64,000 nt of DNA, from positions 7,012 through 71,011 of the forward strand of contig CAJULJ010000003.1 in assembly GCA_910587395.1 (NCBI GenBank). The letters are read 5' to 3'. Each line of letters opens with the position of its first letter. The first letter of the stretch is position 1. The DNA comes from an uncultured Oscillospiraceae bacterium. Its GTDB lineage: Bacteria > Bacillota > Clostridia > Oscillospirales > Oscillospiraceae. A model generated the notes under the pieces. The model worked only from the letters and a program-made list of their open reading frames with translations, ran no database searches and was not told the DNA's origin. This document shows, piece after piece, positions 58,771 through 64,000 of this stretch. Both the position numbers and the translations under genes were made by a program.

Positions 58771-59883
58771 ATGAGAGTGATATTTACCTGCGGCGGCTCG
58801 GCGGGCCATGTGAATCCTGCCCTGGCCGTGGCCCAGGTGTTTGAGGCCCGGCACCCCGGCTGTGAAATTTTGTTCGTGGGCGCGGAGCGGGGGATGGAGC
58901 AGCGGCTGGTCACCCAGGCGGGCTATCCCATCGAGACAGTGAAGGTGTCCACCTTCGAGCGCGCCTGGAGCTGGAAGATTCTGAAGCACAACGTGAGCAG
59001 CGCATTCAAGCTCCCGGTGGGCCAGCACGAGGCGGCGGCGATCCTCAAAAGGTTCAAGCCCGATCTGGTGGTGGGTACGGGGGGCTATGCCTCCTATCCC
59101 GCCGTCCACGCGGCGGCGAAGCGGCGCATCCCCTGCGCCATCCACGAATCCAACGCTTATCCGGGCCTGACCACCCGGGCGCTGGCAAATAAGGTGGATT
59201 TGGTGATGGTGGGCTTTCCCGAGGCGGCGGCGTACTATAAGGAGGCCAAAAGGGTGGCCGTCACCGGCACCCCGGTGCGGGGGGAGTTTTTCTCCCTGGA
59301 CCGGGAACAGGCCCGCTTGAAGCTGGGTCTGCTGGACAGCCAGCCGCTGGTAATCTCCTTCTGGGGCTCCCAGGGAGCGGGGCACATGAGTGAGCGCACC
59401 GTGGATCTGGTGGAGCGCTGGTCGGCGGAGGGACGCCGATTTCACTACGTCCACGCCGCCGGGCGGGATTACGAGGACATGACCGCCGAGCTGAACAAGC
59501 GGGGCGTGTCTGTCTCCGGCAGCGAAGTGCGGCCCTACATCGACGACATGCCGGTGGTGATGGCGGCGGCTGATCTGGTGATCTGCCGGGCGGGGGCCTC
59601 CACCATTGGGGAGCTGACCGCTTTGGGTAAGCCCGCCATCCTGGTACCCTCCCCCTTTGTGGCGGCCAACCACCAATATAAAAATGCCAAGGTGCTGGCC
59701 GACCGGGGCGGGGTGGAGCTGATCGAGGAGAAGGAGTGCACCGGCGAGAGCCTCTACAAAGCGGCCATGGAGCTGCTGGCCCACGGAAGCCGCCGGGCGG
59801 CCATGGGCCGGGCGCTCAAGGAGCTGGCTGCTCCAAACGCGGCGCAGGATATCTATGAAAACCTGATTGCCCTCATGAAATAA
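58771..59883 (+). CDS. murG: Lipid II GlcNAc transferase
   Basis: GGSAGHVNPA, GTGGY, HESN, GSQG, RAGAST. Confidence 0.95.
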   Translation: MRVIFTCGGSAGHVNPALAVAQVFEARHPGCEILFVGAERGMEQRLVTQAGYPIETVKVSTFERAWSWKILKHNVSSAFKLPVGQHEAAAILKRFKPDLVVGTGGYASYPAVHAAAKRRIPCAIHESNAYPGLTTRALANKVDLVMVGFPEAAAYYKEAKRVAVTGTPVRGEFFSLDREQARLKLGLLDSQPLVISFWGSQGAGHMSERTVDLVERWSAEGRRFHYVHAAGRDYEDMTAELNKRGVSVSGSEVRPYIDDMPVVMAAADLVICRAGASTIGELTALGKPAILVPSPFVAANHQYKNAKVLADRGGVELIEEKECTGESLYKAAMELLAHGSRRAAMGRALKELAAPNAAQDIYENLIALMK

Positions 59884-59943
59884 CGGCCCAAAGCCCTTCC
59901 GCATAGAATGAATCGAGATTTCTTTCTATGGGGAGGCTTTGCC

Positions 59944-61200
59944 ATGAGTGTGATGTATCTTCGGGGCGGAACGCCGCTGGAGGGGGAGCTGGCCGTCCAC
60001 GGGGCGAAAAACAGCGTGCTGCCCATCCTGGCGGCCTGTCTGCTGACCCGGGGACCGGTGGCGCTGCATAACTGTCCGCGCCTCACGGATGTGACCGCCG
60101 CGCTGGGTATTCTGCGGCACCTGGGCTGCCGGGTGGAGCAGGATGGGCACACCATTACGGTGGACCCCACCGGGGCGGCGGGGAGCACCGTTTCAGAGGA
60201 GCAGATGCGCGCCATGCGCTCGTCCATCATCTTTTTAGGGCCGCTGCTGGCCCGGACGGGGGAGGCCCATCTGACCTACCCCGGCGGATGTGAGCTGGGC
60301 CCCCGGCCCATTGACCTTCATCTCAGCGCCATCCGGGCCATGGGGTGCGAGGTGGTGGAGGACCGGGGCATCCACTGTCAGGGACGGCCCCGGGGGGGCG
60401 AGGTCCAGCTGGCCCTGCCCAGCGTAGGGGCCACGGAAAACGCCATGCTGTGCGCCGTGGGAGCGGCAGGACCCACCACCATCGCCAACGCCGCCCGGGA
60501 GCCGGAGATCGGAGATCTCCAGGATTTTCTCAACAGCCTTGGGGCGCATGTCAGAGGGGCGGGCAGCTCCACCATCACGGTAGAGGGAGGCAGGGAGCTG
60601 TCCGGCGGGGAGTTCACCGTCATGGGTGATCGAATCGTGGCCGCGACCCTGCTGTCCGCCGCCGCCTCCGCCGGGGGCAGGGTGCGCTTGAGCGGGGTGG
60701 ACTGGCGGCATCTGGCCACCGTTCTGTCCGTGTTCCACCAGGCAGGGTGCCGGGTGGAGAGTAAGTTGGCATACGTAGAGCTGAAGCGTGACCAGGGTAT
60801 GCCCCTCAAAGGCGTACCCACCATCCGCACGGCGCCCTATCCCGGTTTTCCCACCGACGCCCAGGCTCCGGTGATGGCGGCGTTGGCGGCATCCCAGGGG
60901 TGCACGCTGTTTGTGGAGACCATGTTCGACAGCCGTTACCGTCACGTTCCCGAGCTGATCCGCATGGGAGCGGACATCACGACAGAGGGCCGGGTGGCCC
61001 TGGTGCGGGGAGTGGAGCGGCTCCACGGAGCACGGGTGGAAGCCTCCGATTTGCGGGGCGGAGGTGCCCTTGCGGCGGCAGCCCTGGGGGCGGAGGGCGC
61101 CACGGTGCTGTCCGGCCTGAGCCACATCGACCGGGGATATGAGAGTCTGGAGAGCATGCTCCAGAGCCTGGGCGCAGACGTGGAGCGCCGGGAAGCGTGA
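59944..61200 (+). CDS. murA: UDP-N-acetylglucosamine 1-carboxyvinyltransferase
   Basis: GAKNS.LP, PGGC..G.RPIDLH, SVGATEN, PGFPTD, DLRGG, RGYE. Confidence 0.94.
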   Translation: MSVMYLRGGTPLEGELAVHGAKNSVLPILAACLLTRGPVALHNCPRLTDVTAALGILRHLGCRVEQDGHTITVDPTGAAGSTVSEEQMRAMRSSIIFLGPLLARTGEAHLTYPGGCELGPRPIDLHLSAIRAMGCEVVEDRGIHCQGRPRGGEVQLALPSVGATENAMLCAVGAAGPTTIANAAREPEIGDLQDFLNSLGAHVRGAGSSTITVEGGRELSGGEFTVMGDRIVAATLLSAAASAGGRVRLSGVDWRHLATVLSVFHQAGCRVESKLAYVELKRDQGMPLKGVPTIRTAPYPGFPTDAQAPVMAALAASQGCTLFVETMFDSRYRHVPELIRMGADITTEGRVALVRGVERLHGARVEASDLRGGGALAAAALGAEGATVLSGLSHIDRGYESLESMLQSLGADVERREA

Positions 61201-61331
61201 AAACCGGCTCACAAACCGAAAATCCAGCCCGCTGAGGCGCGGTTTGCGGACCGCAGCGGCCGCAGTGACAGAAAGCAAGCTCCGCCGAGGCGCCCCATTG
61301 CGGGGCCGCAAGAGAGAACCGAGGTGATACC

Positions 61332-62111
61332 GTGGCACGACAGCGCAGACACAAAAGGCCCAGCCGGCGAAGGGGCCGGTTCAGCGGGCTTTACAAGGTG
61401 CTGTCCGTTTTGCTGGCGGCTGCGGCGATCATCGTGGCCTGCGTGGTCTTTTTCCGGGTAAACACCATCCAGGTGGCCGGCAATGTGCGCTACACCGCCC
61501 AGGAGGTCATCGACGCCTCCGGCGTACACATCGGCGACAACCTCATAGCCCTGCCAGCCAGCCGGGTGTCGGCGGCCATCCGCGCCCAGCTGCCCTATGT
61601 GGAAGGCGTGACCATCCAGCGGGACTATCCAGACAGCCTGGTAATCCGGGTGACGGAGCGGGTGGCGGCGGCTTCGGTGGACAGCGCCGAGGGCCGCTGG
61701 CTCATCTCCTGTCAGGGCAAGCTGCTGGAAAAGGACAACGGCACCGTCAACGTCGTCCGGATCACCGGCCTGACGGCGGTGGGACCCTATGCCGGCGGCA
61801 TGATTCAGACGGAGGAGACGCAGGCGCTCACCCTGGACTATGTGAAGGAGCTGCTTGGGGTGCTGGAGAGCCATGGAATGCTGGAGCAGTGTACCGCGCT
61901 GGACTGCTCCGCCGCCACATCCTTGACGCTGAATTACGGTATCTACCGCCTGCGGCTGCCCCGGGGCGGGGAGTATGAGTATTATATTCAGCTGGCCCGC
62001 AGCGCCCTGTCCAAAGGGCTGGAGGAGGGCAAGATCATGGAGGGACAGAGCGGCCTTTTGGACCTGACCATCGCCGACGGCAGGGCCCGATTCCGGGCCG
62101 ATCAATCGTGA
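61332..62111 (+). CDS. ftsQ: FtsQ/DivIB POTRA-domain protein
   Basis: Basic N-terminus, TM, F.V..I.V.GN..LPYV...I.R.YP....I.V.ER. Confidence 0.8.
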   Translation: MARQRRHKRPSRRRGRFSGLYKVLSVLLAAAAIIVACVVFFRVNTIQVAGNVRYTAQEVIDASGVHIGDNLIALPASRVSAAIRAQLPYVEGVTIQRDYPDSLVIRVTERVAAASVDSAEGRWLISCQGKLLEKDNGTVNVVRITGLTAVGPYAGGMIQTEETQALTLDYVKELLGVLESHGMLEQCTALDCSAATSLTLNYGIYRLRLPRGGEYEYYIQLARSALSKGLEEGKIMEGQSGLLDLTIADGRARFRADQS

Positions 62112-62146
62112 AGTTTTTCCAAATCACAAAAAACTGCGATTTTCTA

Positions 62147-62175
62147 TTGACCGGCTGGGGAAAAAAGGGTACAAT
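62147..62175 (+). promoter_or_regulatory. sigma-A promoter for ftsZ
   Basis: TTGACC-17-TACAAT. Confidence 0.65.
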
Positions 62176-62243
62176 ACAACAAGATGTAGTTTTATGCTTT
62201 AATCTGATTTACTATCACTGGTTTTACATAGGAGGGTCACAGG

Positions 62244-63407
62244 ATGGCATTTGTAATGGATTCCGCCGCCAGTCATGAGGACGTATTAAAGGTCATTGGC
62301 GTAGGCGGCGGCGGCAATAATGTGGTCAACCGCATGGTCCGCGCGGGGATGCAGGGCGTGGAGTTCATCGCGGTAAACACCGACCGCCAGTGCCTCAACG
62401 CCTCTGAGGCCACCCAAAAGCTGGCCATCGGCGAGAAGCTCACCGGCGGAAAGGGCGCAGGCGCCAACCCTGAGGTGGGCCGGGAGTCCGCCAAGGAGAG
62501 CAAGGAACAGATCAACGCCCTGCTGGAAGGGGCGGACATGGTATTCGTCACCGCTGGCATGGGCGGCGGAACCGGCACCGGAGCGGCCCCCGTGGTGGCG
62601 GAGATCGCCAAGGAGAAGGGGATTCTCACTGTGGGCGTGGTCACCAAGCCGTTCAATTTTGAGGGCCGCCGCCGCATGGAGCAGGCGGCCAGCGGCATTG
62701 AGGAGCTGCGGCAGAAGGTGGACTCCCTGGTCATCATCCCCAACGACCGGCTCCAGTACGCCACCGATGAGAAGATTACCTTTGCCAACGCCTTCGCCAT
62801 TGCCGACGATGTGCTGAGGCAGGCGGTGCAGTCCATCTCCGATCTGATCAAGACCACCGGCCTCATCAATCTGGACTTTGCCGACGTCACCGCCGTGATG
62901 AAGGACGCGGGGCTGGCCCATATGGGCGTGGGCCGTGCCGCGGGCAAGAACAAGGCCGAGGAGGCCACCCGAATCGCCATCAACAGCCCCCTGCTGGAGA
63001 CCTCCATCCAGGGGGCCAAGGGAATCATCGTCAATATCACCGGACCGATGGATATGGGACTGGAAGAGGTGGAGCAGGCCGCCGAGATGGTCAAGCAGGT
63101 GGCCGACCCCGACGCGCTGTTCATGATGGGCACCGCCTTCGACGACACATTGGAGGACGAGCTGCGGGTCACCGTCATCGCCACCGGCTTTGGCACCGTA
63201 GACAACCCCGTTCCGGAGAAGGAAGGGGAACAGCCCGCTCAGACGCAGGCCAAGGTCCAGCCCAAGGCCGCGGCGGAGGACAAGCCCAAGTGTGTCCCCG
63301 CGGGAGTGGGCCCCATCACCCCCCCCAAGCCCCTGTCGGAGGCTGCCGCCGAGCAGGTGGAGGACGACCCCTTCGACGACATTTTCCGCATTTTCAACAA
63401 ACGATGA
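62244..63407 (+). CDS. ftsZ: Cell division protein FtsZ
   Basis: [30 protein letters not shown]. Confidence 0.97.
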   Translation: MAFVMDSAASHEDVLKVIGVGGGGNNVVNRMVRAGMQGVEFIAVNTDRQCLNASEATQKLAIGEKLTGGKGAGANPEVGRESAKESKEQINALLEGADMVFVTAGMGGGTGTGAAPVVAEIAKEKGILTVGVVTKPFNFEGRRRMEQAASGIEELRQKVDSLVIIPNDRLQYATDEKITFANAFAIADDVLRQAVQSISDLIKTTGLINLDFADVTAVMKDAGLAHMGVGRAAGKNKAEEATRIAINSPLLETSIQGAKGIIVNITGPMDMGLEEVEQAAEMVKQVADPDALFMMGTAFDDTLEDELRVTVIATGFGTVDNPVPEKEGEQPAQTQAKVQPKAAAEDKPKCVPAGVGPITPPKPLSEAAAEQVEDDPFDDIFRIFNKR

Positions 63408-63413
63408 AAAACA

Positions 63414-63443
63414 CCCCTCCCGACCGCCGGCCGGGAGGGGTTT
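63414..63443 (+). terminator. Terminator-like hairpin after ftsZ
   Basis: CCCCTCCCG..CGGGAGGGG-TTT. Confidence 0.6.
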
Positions 63444-63485
63444 GCGCCACTCGCCGGACTATGGGGCGGAAGGGAGGAAGCGGAG

Positions 63486-64000
63486 ATGGAGTATGTGCCG
63501 GCCAAGCATCTGCTTCACCGAAGCCGGTCCACAGAGTGGTTCGGCACCGACCACATCATGAACATCTATCGGGGCTGCTGCCACGGGTGCTTGTACTGCG
63601 ACAGCCGCAGCGACTGCTACCGGCTTGAGGAGTTTGACCGGGTGCAGGCAAAGGCGGACGCCCTGCGCATTCTCCGGGATGATTTGGCCCGGAAGGCGCG
63701 GCCTGCGTTCATCTGCACGGGAGCCATGAGCGACCCCTACAATCCCTTTGAGGAGGATCTGGAGCTCACCCGCCACGCGCTGGAGCTCATTGACGCCTAT
63801 GGCTGCGGCGTGGCTGTCGCCACGAAAAGCGATTTGATTGTCCGGGATATCGACATTCTGACCGCTATTCAGGGTCATTCTCCGGTGATGTGCAAGCTCA
63901 CGATCACCACAGCGGACGACGCCTTGGCGGCGAAGTTGGAGCCCCATGCGCCGCCGCCCACCCGGCGTCTGGCGGCGCTGGAGCGGTTGAGCGGGGCAGG
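63486..64000 (+). CDS. Radical SAM protein (SplB/Rv2578c-like), 3'-partial
   Basis: Read manually: MEYVPAKH..NIYRGCCHGCLYCDSRS (CxxxCxxC), SDPY, TKS; absent from the ORF track because it runs off the window. Confidence 0.85.
   Translation, partial: MEYVPAKHLLHRSRSTEWFGTDHIMNIYRGCCHGCLYCDSRSDCYRLEEFDRVQAKADALRILRDDLARKARPAFICTGAMSDPYNPFEEDLELTRHALELIDAYGCGVAVATKSDLIVRDIDILTAIQGHSPVMCKLTITTADDALAAKLEPHAPPPTRRLAALERLSGA

Overview
GC-rich chromosomal window from a spore-forming Clostridia genome, most consistent with Oscillospiraceae (inferred from gene content, composition and yqfC/yqfD/spoVD-type genes). Left to right it holds: the 3' part of an SLH-domain surface protein; a molybdenum-cofactor cluster (mobA divergent from Moco riboswitch-moeA-moaA-mobB/moaC-mogA/moaE); a GtrA/GtrB/GtrII-like glycosylation cassette; an opp ABC transporter; an RlmA-like methyltransferase; a 27-repeat Sel1-like protein; MATE and EEP genes; an atypical F1Fo ATP synthase operon; permease and PiT genes; dgt-yigZ-dnaG-rpoD; rluA; the yqfC-yqfD-phoH-ybeY-era-yqzL-recO-mutS2 block; ptsH-uvrC-rsmD-coaD; the dcw cluster (mraZ to ftsZ); and a partial radical SAM gene. 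I saw no rRNA, tRNA, CRISPR array, transposase or prophage. The most unusual observations are: (1) a palindrome + small ORF + XRE cassette between phoH and ybeY, coupled to ybeY; (2) a moaA that appears to start at ATC; (3) a delta-alpha fusion and a signal-peptide-like extension on subunit c in the ATP synthase; (4) a 3-repeat superperiod in the Cys-rich Sel1 protein; (5) a catalytically degenerate Mur-ligase domain at the murE position. All calls are by eye from sequence and motif knowledge; no searches were run.
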